Shown here: positions 1 through 10,900 of the stretch, piece after piece
Layout: each line of letters starts with the position of its first letter
Numbering within the stretch: position 1 is the stretch's first letter
Assembly: GCA_014239655.1 (NCBI GenBank)
Contig: JAAZYM010000078.1
Coordinates: 39,564-103,563 of the forward strand
Direction of reading: 5' to 3'
Source: Flavobacteriales bacterium
GTDB lineage: Bacteria > Bacteroidota > Bacteroidia > Flavobacteriales > BACL11
Length of the DNA: 64,000 bases
Translations under genes and position numbers: made by a program
Notes under the pieces: model-generated
Seen by the model: the letters and a program-made list of their open reading frames with translations, nothing else
The model's database searches: none
What the model was told of the DNA's origin: nothing

Positions 1-122
1 ATAACAACACTTACTCTATATATAGAAGGAGAGAGTTCAATCTTGTTTTTTTGCCATCCTATCATAAAAAGAAAAATCATTAAAACATAAAAGACAAAAA
101 TAACTTCTATAAATAATATCAT
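1..122 (-). CDS. Glycosyltransferase family 2, N-terminal fragment running off the window edge
   Basis: Manual translation from ATG at 122 gives MILFIEVIFVFYVLMIFLFMIGWQKNKIELSPSIYRVSVV: a TM helix followed by the VSVVI-type first strand of GT2. Start overlaps the stop of the upstream gene (ATGA). Confidence 0.65.
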   Translation of the reverse strand, partial: MILFIEVIFVFYVLMIFLFMIGWQKNKIELSPSIYRVSVV

Positions 123-1102
123 GATTTTCTAAAAAACTTTAAACTAAATATAAAGAATGACCCTATAATGGCAGGAATAATTAAATTAACAACCCATAAA
201 ATAAAGGTAGATGACAAAATCCCAATCACATTACTCGAAAACTTCATAAATACTAAAAGAGCAACTGAACCTCTAACACCAATCTCAGCAATTGTTATGG
301 TTGGTGTTAATGTGATAAAGAAGAAGACTAGCATTACTGAAAGAATAGATTCAAAAAAATTAATATCTACTTCAAAAACATGTAATAAAATCAAAAATTG
401 AGAAGAAAAAATAAGATATCTCAAAACAGAATATAATAACACAATCATTAATTCTTTATGTGTATATAAGGATATTACATTTATATATTTATCTAGAAAC
501 TTAAAATATCTATAATTACTAATATATTTGACTAATAAAGATGCATTAAAATAAAAAAACAGAAAAAGAAAATTAAAAAAGAATAATAAAATAAAAGAAA
601 AGGACGAAATCTCTATATTAAAAAACGATAACATTGAATTGTCCTGTAAAAAATTTTCATGTAAAATAAAGAAAGATATTGATCCAAATAATATTGTAGT
701 TAACAGTTGAGCCATACTACAAAGAACAGTTATAAAGACAGCCTGTATTCTGTCGCTTTTCTCTAAACAGAAAACTCTCCCGCCATATTCACCAATTCTG
801 TTAGGTGTAAAGGAAGAAACTGTTATCCCCGAAAAGATTGCTCTTAGGGATGTGAAAATAGATATATCTTCAATCTTACTAATCATAAACCTCCATTTTA
901 ATGCCTCAACTAACCAATTAATAAACATCATACACACAACAATACTAATTGTTAAATATTTCTCTTTTAGGATAGCGAGTATTGAATCAAATCTAATATT
1001 ACCTAGATTATCATTGTAAAGCAATTCGTTGTAAATAAAAAAGAATGAAAAAAATACAATTACAATTTTAATTAAAATGCTAAGTGTTTTTTTAATAGGC
1101 AT
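119..1102 (-). CDS. Lysylphosphatidylglycerol synthase TM domain (flippase-like) membrane protein
   Basis: Polytopic hydrophobic protein with NWLVEALKW, FTPNRIGEYGGR and EIGVRG motifs. Confidence 0.8.
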   Translation of the reverse strand: MPIKKTLSILIKIVIVFFSFFFIYNELLYNDNLGNIRFDSILAILKEKYLTISIVVCMMFINWLVEALKWRFMISKIEDISIFTSLRAIFSGITVSSFTPNRIGEYGGRVFCLEKSDRIQAVFITVLCSMAQLLTTILFGSISFFILHENFLQDNSMLSFFNIEISSFSFILLFFFNFLFLFFYFNASLLVKYISNYRYFKFLDKYINVISLYTHKELMIVLLYSVLRYLIFSSQFLILLHVFEVDINFFESILSVMLVFFFITLTPTITIAEIGVRGSVALLVFMKFSSNVIGILSSTFILWVVNLIIPAIIGSFFIFSLKFFRKS

Positions 1103-1138
1103 TGTTTAGATTTGTATTACAATAATACAAGAAACCAA

Positions 1139-1690
1139 TTGATTAACGATAAAATAATATTAGGAATAGACCCAGGAACAACAATTATGGGTTATGGATT
1201 AATCAAGGTTCAAGGAAAAGATATTGAACTAATTAATATGGGAGTATTACATCTCTCAAAATTAAAATCACATGAATTAAAACTGAAAAGAATCTTTGAA
1301 AGAACATTACAAATAGTAGAAGAATATAAACCAGATGAGTTTGCTGTTGAAGCTCCTTTCTATGGAAAGAATGTACAGTCCATGTTAAAATTAGGAAGAG
1401 CCCAAGGAGTTGCAATGTCAGCAGCTCTTTATAGAGATGTCCCTATATTTGAATATAGTCCTAAAAAAATAAAAATGGCTATAACAGGTAATGGTAATTC
1501 TAGTAAAGAACAAGTTGCATCAATGCTAAAATCTCTATTAAATATTAAAGAATTACCAAAACATCTAGATGCTACTGATGGTCTAGCAGCAGCAGTATGC
1601 CATTACTTTCAAAGAAACACTTCTTCGATTTCTAAAAATTATTCAGGATGGAAATCATATATAACAGAAAATCCTAAAAAGATCAAATAG
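1139..1690 (+). CDS. ruvC: Holliday junction resolvase RuvC (start probably TTG at 1139)
   Basis: ILGIDPGT, AVEAPF, KLGRAQG and DATDGLAAA catalytic motifs. Confidence 0.97.
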   Translation: MINDKIILGIDPGTTIMGYGLIKVQGKDIELINMGVLHLSKLKSHELKLKRIFERTLQIVEEYKPDEFAVEAPFYGKNVQSMLKLGRAQGVAMSAALYRDVPIFEYSPKKIKMAITGNGNSSKEQVASMLKSLLNIKELPKHLDATDGLAAAVCHYFQRNTSSISKNYSGWKSYITENPKKIK

Positions 1691-2075
1691 CACTACTAAT
1701 TTGATTGGCGATTTCATTCATTTCTTCATTAGACAAAGAAATTTTTGGTGAATTAAAATTTATCTCACCAACATCATCTATAGGAATTAGATGAATATGT
1801 GCATGAGGAACATCTAACCCAATAACTACTATAGAAATCCTTTTACAACTTATTGCTTTCTTCATTGCCTTTGAAATAACTTGTGTAAATTCCCATAACT
1901 GTAAATACTCTTCTGTTGCTATATCAAAAATATAATCCACCTCTTTTTTTGGTATAACTAATGTATGGCCTCTCTTTAATGGATTAATATCAAGGAAAGC
2001 TAAAAAATTATCATTCTCATGAATTTTAAATGAAGAAATCTCATTTCTAACAATCTTAGAAAAGATACTAGACAT
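1683..2075 (-). CDS. HIT family nucleotide hydrolase
   Basis: SIFSKIV, FLDINP, GHTLVIPK and the HAHIH histidine triad. Confidence 0.95.
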   Translation of the reverse strand: MSSIFSKIVRNEISSFKIHENDNFLAFLDINPLKRGHTLVIPKKEVDYIFDIATEEYLQLWEFTQVISKAMKKAISCKRISIVVIGLDVPHAHIHLIPIDDVGEINFNSPKISLSNEEMNEIANQISSAI

Positions 2076-2077
2076 CT

Positions 2078-2551
2078 TTAGAAAGTAATATTTAAAATCT
2101 CAAACTTTATTGTCCCATTAGGAATAGTAATATCAACAATATCACCAACCTCCTTACTTATTAACCCTTTTCCAATTGGTGAACTTGCAGAGATCTTCTT
2201 TTGTGAGAAATCAGCCTCAGATTCTGATACAATAGTATAAGTCATCTCACTTTCATTCGCTATATTTTTAATTGTAACCTTTGACAATAATGAAACTCTA
2301 GAATCATCTAATTTACTCTCATCAATAATCCTAGCATTACTTATTTCTATCTCTAACTTAGCAATTCTAGCCTCTAGTAAACCTTGGGCTTCTTTAGCTG
2401 CATCATATTCAGCATTCTCAGATAGATCGCCTTTATCTCTAGCCTCAGCAATTTGACTTATTACATTAGGTCGGTCTATACTTTTAAGCTTATTTAGCTC
2501 ATCTTTTAAATCGTTAAAACCTTGTTTAGAAAGATAGATTATATCACCCAT
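2078..2551 (-). CDS. greA: Transcription elongation factor GreA
   Basis: GDLSENAEYDAAKEAQ and ISASSPIGKGL motifs. Confidence 0.98.
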   Translation of the reverse strand: MGDIIYLSKQGFNDLKDELNKLKSIDRPNVISQIAEARDKGDLSENAEYDAAKEAQGLLEARIAKLEIEISNARIIDESKLDDSRVSLLSKVTIKNIANESEMTYTIVSESEADFSQKKISASSPIGKGLISKEVGDIVDITIPNGTIKFEILNITF

Positions 2552-2594
2552 AAAAATGTAAAATAAGAAATCTGGTTAAACCTTAATTAATATC

Positions 2595-3695
2595 CTATAG
2601 ATTAATACGTGCACCTATAGCATGAGATCCTTGGAATGGATCAGTATGTCTATAAGAATAATCTAAACCAAAAGTACTTCCATTACCCATAGGTAGTTCG
2701 ATAGTGAATCCAGCAGAAGGCCCTCTCAATGCAGTAGTTCTAAGTTCGTCATCATTTAAACCCTCTTCATACGTATATCCAGCACGAACCATGAAATACT
2801 CTTTATATGAATATTCTGCACCTAATCTATATTGATCTTTTTGAAATGAATTAGATGTAAATGCTCCAGCACCAGTTAATCGATGTGTATTAATATTCAC
2901 GTCATATGAAAGCCCTATATTTAGTAATGCCGGAAGCTCAAATTCTGATGATCTTTGCTCTACTGTCATTTCATAATCTGGATTTAAGTAATTTCTAAAC
3001 GATATACCATCACCCGCAAACGACATTCTAGGGCCAACATTTTTTAATGAAATCCCGAATTTCAAATTGTCTTTTGCACCTGTTACATATTGGATACCAG
3101 CGTCCAAAGCAATTCCATTTGCCCCTACATTTGAAATCTGTTCAGAAATCATCTTTACTGTCATCCCTCCATAAATACTATTTGAAAATATCTTAGCATA
3201 TGAAAGAGCTATATTCATATATTTTGGAGAAAATGTCCCTATACCACCATCAGGAAGATCAACTGTTGTTATCTCAATATCTCCAAAATTCATATTCATA
3301 ACTGCAAAACCTAACACACCTGATTCTCCCATTTTTTGAGAAAATCCAAATGTACTTATACTACTAACAGAATTATTTGCATCAAACATCTTACTTCCAT
3401 ACTGTAACCATGAAGTTTGAGCGAATATTAATTCTGTTTTTGATGTAAATGCTAGACCAGCTACGTTAGAGTAGATTCCTTCTAATCCTCTAACTCCAGC
3501 TACATTTGCTCCGCCCCATCCAGATGTTCTTGCCCATGGATTAATCAATAATTCAGAGGCTCCAGCTTGACCTGCCCTTTGCTCATTACCAGCAAAAGTA
3601 TTAATACTGTAAAAGCATAAAATAAAAACTAAAAGCAGTCTTATTAATCTGTTAATTTCTTTCATATTCTTAATATTTATTTTCTCTATTATCAT
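2595..3695 (-). CDS. PorV/PorQ-family (FadL-like) outer membrane beta-barrel; start 3695 or 3665
   Basis: Signal peptide, then GQAGASELLINPWARTSGWGGA and IYSNVAGLA (the N-terminal plug signature of PorV/FadL-like proteins), ALDAGIQY, FGISLKNVG, and a C-terminal amphipathic strand. Confidence 0.85.
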   Translation of the reverse strand: MIIEKINIKNMKEINRLIRLLLVFILCFYSINTFAGNEQRAGQAGASELLINPWARTSGWGGANVAGVRGLEGIYSNVAGLAFTSKTELIFAQTSWLQYGSKMFDANNSVSSISTFGFSQKMGESGVLGFAVMNMNFGDIEITTVDLPDGGIGTFSPKYMNIALSYAKIFSNSIYGGMTVKMISEQISNVGANGIALDAGIQYVTGAKDNLKFGISLKNVGPRMSFAGDGISFRNYLNPDYEMTVEQRSSEFELPALLNIGLSYDVNINTHRLTGAGAFTSNSFQKDQYRLGAEYSYKEYFMVRAGYTYEEGLNDDELRTTALRGPSAGFTIELPMGNGSTFGLDYSYRHTDPFQGSHAIGARINL

Positions 3696-3697
3696 AA

Positions 3698-6600
3698 TTA
3701 GAATGTATCTAAATCTATTGGCCTTAATGTTCCAAACCACTTAATCACCTTCTCTCTCTTTTCACCATCTATCTCTGTAGCAACATGTATAATATAAAGA
3801 CCACTAGCAATCGGAATTCCAAAGCTATTCTTTAAATCCCAATCTATACTAGTCATAGCATCATCCTTCTTTAGCTTTCTGACCAAAGTACCATTAACGG
3901 TAAATATTGAAACTGTAGCAATAGGAGGTAAATTTGTAATCTTAATTCTATTGTCTAACTGATTCTGTTCATACTCTGAATAACCATAGTATGGATTTGG
4001 AACAACATTAATTAATTCCATAGCATCCTTAGCAACCTCAGAATCTCCTTTTGTAGCTACAAGATCGTTAGTGCTAAATTCATATATAGGGTTAAACGAA
4101 TTCTCTGGATTATATAATATTACACGTGCCTTACTACTTCCAGTAAATGAAACTGTTGTAGCTTGAAAAACATCTCCAGGAGAAAAAGTATTGCCATCAT
4201 GTGTTATTGTCTTTCCGCCCCATGTAGTAGCAGAATTCTCATATGCTACAACATACGTTTCTCCAATAACTAAATCGTCATTCTTAGTATAAAAATTTAA
4301 TCCACTAACTGTCTCATATTGTTTATATGGCTTACTAACACGAAGCTTGACTGTTGCTTCATTAGTTAATAATGATCTTCCTGGTGCTAATAAAGGAACA
4401 CCTACCCAGGATGAATTCTTAAACACCTTCCATTTACCAACTCCTGTTGCATCATCCTTTAATTGATGATAAATCCATTCACATCCATCATAATTAGGAC
4501 TATTATCAACATCAGAATAAGCTCCATTAACATAATCCTCTGTTCCTTTTACCCATGATTGTCCATTTATAACATAGATAAAATGCTTCCCTCCTAAAAG
4601 ATAATTTCCTCCAGAAATCTCTTGTGTTTGATTACTATAAAATGGAAATTGTTTTGTAACAATATTTGATGTTGGATTCCATTCCATATCATTACCGTTA
4701 TCACTTGTTAACCATGAATCCTCGGCAAAAACAATATTTAAACGCTCTCCAGTCTCTACATCTATAGCGTATCCAGGGAACCATCCCATCCCATTTCTAC
4801 CACTTCCATCTGGCGCACCAGTTTCATCAACTGATGGGCTTTCTCTTAATCCCATTTTCAGAGCACCACCAATAGCAAGATCAGGATTTTCTTGAGCTTC
4901 TACAATAACACATCTACTCCATTTTGCTACACTATCGGTAAATACAATATTGACAGAGTTAAGATTCTCCATCCTATTCTGCGAAGTAATAGAACTATTT
5001 AGTCCAGGACCATCATTATAATAAGAAACAAAACGATATGGAGCCCATGTTCCTCCTGTTGTTTCAAAAGTAAGATCTCCTATACCAAAAGGCACCTCTG
5101 AGAACGTCGTAGTAATTGTTTGCTCAATTACACTCTCAAAAACACTAGCTGGATCATCAGCCTGATTGTAATCACTATACAATCCATTATTATCATCAGT
5201 ATATGTCCCTGATCTTATCCAATTTAATCCCCAAAATTTTAAAAAGCCACCCTCATCATCACGATCTGGAACTCCACTTAACCATCTATCGTTAATATTT
5301 TCATATTCAATTGATGAAGAAACTAAACCATTATTATCAATATTTGTAGGGTCAGCACCAGGATTTAATGATTGCTTAACTTTTACATTTAATCCAAGGT
5401 CTGATATATATTGTTCAGAACCAACAGTAATTGATTGATTTGATGATCCTAAAACTGAACCATCTGAATTATTAATTAATTCCCAGCTATTATAAGAGGA
5501 GATAGCACTCCCGCTAAATTCAGGATCAAATAATTTAAATGTATAATTTCCCTGCGGAATTTTTACTGGATCAACAACAGTAATATTTATAGGGCCATTA
5601 CCAGCAACATATGTAGGATTATATACTCTATGATCATCACTATTTAAAATCTTCTTAATACTAGCCGCTGTTAATTCTAAATTATTACCTCCATTTCCAG
5701 TACCTTCAATTCTAGTAATAGAGACCCCATCTCCATATGAAGCGTTTAATGTAGTTCCGCCTTCATCAGGCTCTGTATAATGAGGTATTGCGCTATACAC
5801 TTTTATATTCCTTCTACCTCCAATATAGGGTTGATTTCTCCCATCATATTCTGTGCTATTTACATCATATGGGTCAGCATTCTCTTCAGCTCTATTATAA
5901 CCATAAGCTAACGACATAAAATAATATGTTTTATGATTTACTAATCTAGTATTACCAAGTGCAAACTTATCATCTGTAACTTGGAAAGAATATTCTGTAC
6001 CCTCATCTACAGAACCCAAAACACCATCACTTAATACAGAAGAAACCTCTTCAATTGGGGTATATACTCCAAGTAATGGATCTAAATATTGATTTACTAT
6101 TCCTGTTACTGTATCATTCACATCAGAACGAAAAACTAATCTTGCTAAATCAGGATCGTCTAAATCTGTTACAGAAACTGTGTTGTTTTTTAATTGATAT
6201 ACTAAATATCCCTGAAATGTATATGCTGAATCAGTAAGTAAATTTGCAGGCTTTGTTATATAAGGATCTTTTTCTCTATAACTCTCATCTATATTATTGG
6301 AAGTTGGTCCATTAGACAATGTAAAGATAAGTTCTTTGTCCAACTCTCGGACTTCTACGTCTGGAGCATCAGGACCATTTAAAATATTAAAATTATTATC
6401 AAATAATGCCTGTGCTTCTCTGTCATAAATTTTTACTAAAGCAATGGAAGCAGTTTGCCCTCCTGATTTTGCTCTTGCCCAAACTACACCAGTTGTAATC
6501 TCATTAACCGCTCCTGGTTGTAATGTAAAAGGTCCTGCTGATTGAAGAAATCTTCTGTCTGCAGGAATATTACCAGCTGTTTGTTCAGTCCACTCAGTAC

Positions 6601-7906
6601 CAGCAAAAGCATCATCTGATGTTCCTGGGAACATAAAATTACATAAATCAGTCGTTGTACCCTGACCAGAACCATGGCCATCACCACCATATGTCATAGG
6701 AACATTATCTTTCCAGATTCCTCTTAAATAGTTGTAAAAATGAGTCCCCTCTGAAGGATTACCTATTACAGTAAAGTCATTGTTATAATAAACAAACTTA
6801 GACATAATAATTTGCTCATTAAGCTCATCTATAGTTCCATCTCTATCGTTATCAATACCATCATTAGGATCTGCTAAAGGTCCTTGGAAAAAATCTACTC
6901 CAATTGCTGGGGGATTAAACCCATATCCTGCTGCTCCTTCATCCTCAGCATCCCCATTATAACAAAAACCTAAACCTAGATTAACATCACACCCTACATA
7001 ATCATCCAAATAATAACCTAAATCAGGATCTACCCATTGTCCAAAATATGTGTCATTCAGTGGTAATGTTGATCTATTAATAATTTTATAATTGTAAAAA
7101 GTCATGTCATTCACCTCATTATCAGCAGTAAAACCAAATGCTTGAGCATGAATTTCCAAACCTAAAGGAGAAGCCTCTGTCTCACTATGAATATTTCCTT
7201 GATCATTAAAGACCCACCATAATGTTTGATCTCCATATAATTTTGCATAATCATTTGATCCAGTAATATTATAATCTGGATAATCCCCATCATATGGATT
7301 GTAAACACCTCCATCTTGACCTGCGTCATAAAAAGGAGCTAAATTAAAATCTTGACCTAATGCAGGATTCCCATGTGCTGGCCAATTTTCAATAATATCT
7401 GGCATTACATACGTAGGGTCTAGATAGTTTGCTACATGCTCCTCAACTTCAGTTCTGGTAATTTTAAAATGTTTATCCCAAACATTACATTGCTCAGGAG
7501 ATATTGTTGCAGTTGTTGTATTTAATGGTCCCGTCCAAAAATCACTACCACCTTGTCTATATGTCATTGCTGCAACTTTTAATTGTCCTCCAGCATCTAC
7601 ACCTCCAATCCATAGGGCTCCGGCAAACATAGAATGCTTGTTTCCATCCTTTGGGATCTCATACCTAGCATCATCTAAATTCCACCACATATCACCTGCA
7701 GCCATGATAGTTGTTCTTACATTATTAACATCTAAATCTGTTTTTGATATAGATGGAGAACATCCTGAAGCAATCTTTGTATAAACAACATTACCTATAT
7801 TAGGATTAGGTATATTTTCTTTTGCAAAAACATTAATACATGCGAATGCTAATGTGAAAAGAATAATTCTCTTTGGGTTATTAATCATATATGCTATTTT
7901 TTTCAT
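3698..7906 (-). CDS. Large secreted protein (1402 aa) with a T9SS-type C-terminal sorting domain
   Basis: Signal peptide; acidic DGIDNDRDGTIDE calcium-binding-like loop; C-terminal domain INVVPNPY...IFTVNGTLVRKL...WDLKN...IASGLYIIHV. Confidence 0.85.
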   Translation of the reverse strand: MKKIAYMINNPKRIILFTLAFACINVFAKENIPNPNIGNVVYTKIASGCSPSISKTDLDVNNVRTTIMAAGDMWWNLDDARYEIPKDGNKHSMFAGALWIGGVDAGGQLKVAAMTYRQGGSDFWTGPLNTTTATISPEQCNVWDKHFKITRTEVEEHVANYLDPTYVMPDIIENWPAHGNPALGQDFNLAPFYDAGQDGGVYNPYDGDYPDYNITGSNDYAKLYGDQTLWWVFNDQGNIHSETEASPLGLEIHAQAFGFTADNEVNDMTFYNYKIINRSTLPLNDTYFGQWVDPDLGYYLDDYVGCDVNLGLGFCYNGDAEDEGAAGYGFNPPAIGVDFFQGPLADPNDGIDNDRDGTIDELNEQIIMSKFVYYNNDFTVIGNPSEGTHFYNYLRGIWKDNVPMTYGGDGHGSGQGTTTDLCNFMFPGTSDDAFAGTEWTEQTAGNIPADRRFLQSAGPFTLQPGAVNEITTGVVWARAKSGGQTASIALVKIYDREAQALFDNNFNILNGPDAPDVEVRELDKELIFTLSNGPTSNNIDESYREKDPYITKPANLLTDSAYTFQGYLVYQLKNNTVSVTDLDDPDLARLVFRSDVNDTVTGIVNQYLDPLLGVYTPIEEVSSVLSDGVLGSVDEGTEYSFQVTDDKFALGNTRLVNHKTYYFMSLAYGYNRAEENADPYDVNSTEYDGRNQPYIGGRRNIKVYSAIPHYTEPDEGGTTLNASYGDGVSITRIEGTGNGGNNLELTAASIKKILNSDDHRVYNPTYVAGNGPINITVVDPVKIPQGNYTFKLFDPEFSGSAISSYNSWELINNSDGSVLGSSNQSITVGSEQYISDLGLNVKVKQSLNPGADPTNIDNNGLVSSSIEYENINDRWLSGVPDRDDEGGFLKFWGLNWIRSGTYTDDNNGLYSDYNQADDPASVFESVIEQTITTTFSEVPFGIGDLTFETTGGTWAPYRFVSYYNDGPGLNSSITSQNRMENLNSVNIVFTDSVAKWSRCVIVEAQENPDLAIGGALKMGLRESPSVDETGAPDGSGRNGMGWFPGYAIDVETGERLNIVFAEDSWLTSDNGNDMEWNPTSNIVTKQFPFYSNQTQEISGGNYLLGGKHFIYVINGQSWVKGTEDYVNGAYSDVDNSPNYDGCEWIYHQLKDDATGVGKWKVFKNSSWVGVPLLAPGRSLLTNEATVKLRVSKPYKQYETVSGLNFYTKNDDLVIGETYVVAYENSATTWGGKTITHDGNTFSPGDVFQATTVSFTGSSKARVILYNPENSFNPIYEFSTNDLVATKGDSEVAKDAMELINVVPNPYYGYSEYEQNQLDNRIKITNLPPIATVSIFTVNGTLVRKLKKDDAMTSIDWDLKNSFGIPIASGLYIIHVATEIDGEKREKVIKWFGTLRPIDLDTF

Positions 7907-7925
7907 ATTACTAATTTCTTCTTAT

Positions 7926-10900
7926 TTAAAATTGAAAACTTAAACCAGCTCTGATCATTCTAGGTAAGCTATAATTACTAGGATTATTTACTGCTAATGA
8001 ATAAAGATATCTAAATGCGTCAGGACTATTCTGTGCATTAATAGCATTCTGAGCAGCAGAAGAAGTTAAATAACCATCATCATCTGGATTTCCAGTTGCT
8101 CTATAAACACTAATAATATTTCTTGCATCCAATAAATTCTGAATTTGAACATACACATTTACATTAGAACTTTTCTTATCAGACCATTTAATTTCAAATT
8201 CTTTATTAATCTTAGCGCTTATTCTAAACTGCCATGGCAGACGAGATCCATTCAAACTTCCTTCTAAAGTTGATCTATCATTAATTCCAGAAGCAGCTTC
8301 TTGTGTAATATTAGATTGCTTACTATAAGGGGTTCCAGAACCAGCTGAAAGAACCATATTAGCTCCTGCATTAGCAAAAATATTCTTACCAAACCAAACA
8401 GGACCATCATAATCTTTTCCTGAGCCATAATGATAATCAACAGAAGCAGATAATGCATGTCTTTGGTCATATGCTAATGGAATAGTTGATCTTAAATTTG
8501 GCTGACCCGTGTTAACTAAACTCTGTCCAGATGAAGCACTAGATCCAGTTCCATCGGCAAACTGTAATGTATAATTAGCTGTCATACTAATATTATTAGT
8601 TCTTCTAAGATCAAAATTAACAGACATTCCTTTTACAGTTCCAAAATCAATATTTCCATAAGTCAGATACTGCGCTGGATAAGCCCCTAAAACATTCACA
8701 ACTTGAATCATATCTCTTAATTCTTTATAGAATGCAGAAATTTTTAAAGCAGAACGTAATGATAATGTTTTAGCAAATCCCAACTCATAATCAACAGTCT
8801 TTTCAGATTTAAGATCAGGATTATTTAATAACGCACCAACTCTATCAGCCATAAATAAATAATCCACAGGCTCTAATCGATTTGATTGTGGCGGACGTTG
8901 TGTTAGAACATCATAATGAGCAAAAAATTGAGCCTCATCAGAAATTGGAAAAGAGAAAGCTATTCTTGGCATAAAGACTGTCTCTGGCGTATAATCTTCA
9001 AATGCATTATCAACATTAACCTCTCCTTTTAATGCTGCCACTGGATCTTGAAGATACGGTTGTATCTGCCCTCCTGCAGCCTCTGCTAATAAATTAGGAT
9101 CAGAAATTTGCAATCCTTCTGCATTATACCAAGTCTCATTATCTCTATAACCAACTATTGTTGAAGGATTAGATACATCATCTACATAGACAACATAATC
9201 ATCACCAATAGTTGTAGGATGACCATTTGGCGCTAAATCCTCCCAGAATAAATCTTGACTCATAAAACCAGTGATTGGATCGATGATCGCCGCTCCTGCT
9301 GTATAGGATTGGTGTAATAGATACTTATCAGATAAAACTTTTTGGTTTGCATCATATCTGTCAATTCTTAACCCAATATTGAAAATTAGATCTTCAATAG
9401 CAAATTTATCTTGAATATAACCAGCCGTATAGATAGGCTGAAAAGATGCAATCTCTCTAGTATAATTTCCATTTTCATCTTGTTTTTCAAAGAACTCTTT
9501 TAACGTTGGATTAGTAGTTAATTTATTACCATAGATATCATATCCAAAATAATACGCTAAACTTGAACCACTATTAAGAAGCTCATCTTGACTAAACATT
9601 CCAACATCAAATTGATTAGGTAATAAGGAATCAATATCAATAAATAAAGTTGAGGTAGCCTCTAAACCTAATGATGCTCTTAAACTTCTATCAAACCATG
9701 ATTGCTCAGTACCAACATATAATCTATCATAGTTGACGGTATCTTGGTAAACACCATTCATGTCATATACAGGATTTGGCTCAGCTAGATTACGCTGTAA
9801 AATATGCTTATTCGTTTGTTGCCTCATAAGACCCCACATTCCCATTGGGCCAATACCCCAATATGAATCATCTCTCTGTTCAAATTCAAAACCAAATGAG
9901 AATTCATGATCTTTAATATCTGCAGAACCAGAAGCTTTGAAAGTATATTGTGTGTTCTCTTGCTTAGCAGCCCCATTATACATACTACCATGATTACCAT
10001 ATAATGAATAAACTGAAGCTGGTAAGTCTCCATTTCTTAACCCCTGTCCTCTTAAATCAGCAGCTGTTCTAATAACACCATCATTCTCTGTCCCAACATA
10101 TGAAGCAAGACCATAATCGCTAAACATCCGATAATATGCATTTGTATAGTTAGCTAAATCAATATTTGTATACTCATTCTCATTGAATCTATATAGCGTG
10201 TCTCCCCAACCAGAATGAATCTGACCTGTATATATTATTCCAGTAGAGGAATCAATAGCAGAACCTCCATTATAAATATTCTTATTAAAAGTATGAAACT
10301 CTCCTACATATCCATATTTAAACAAGTCAAACTGATGATCCGCATCAACATAAGTATACTTGTTATTTGTATAGTCTCCCTGGATAGTAAAGAATGCATT
10401 CTTAATTGTTGCCGAACTATTCTCTTCATTAGACTCCTCGGAACCAAACTTCTGAGTTAATTTTCCAAAAAGACGATATGTTGTTTGAGATGACTCTCTA
10501 TTATTCGCAGAAGAAAACATTGAACGCCATCCAGAAAAATCTCTACTTGTTCTACTATAAAAAACCCCTCCCAATGAAAGAAATGTAGTATTTGTAGGTT
10601 TAAAGTCTAATTTTCCAGAAACATTAAATCTCTGTTCATTAGAATTAAGTTTTGCCTGAACATTTTCAAAATTCTCTTCAGTTAAAAAATCAGATTCGCT
10701 TAGAAAACCTGCAGCTGCGTTAGGTGCAATCCGAAATGGATTTTCTTGAAGACCCTTAAGTACATCATCTTTCACTTTCCATCTTCCTATAGCTGATGGA
10801 TCTGTATCGTCTACATTTCTATATTCTCCAGAAAGAAAATACCCAAGTATAGAGCTCCCTTTAGTTCCATCAGAATTTCTTTTCTTTAAGATAGGGCCGG

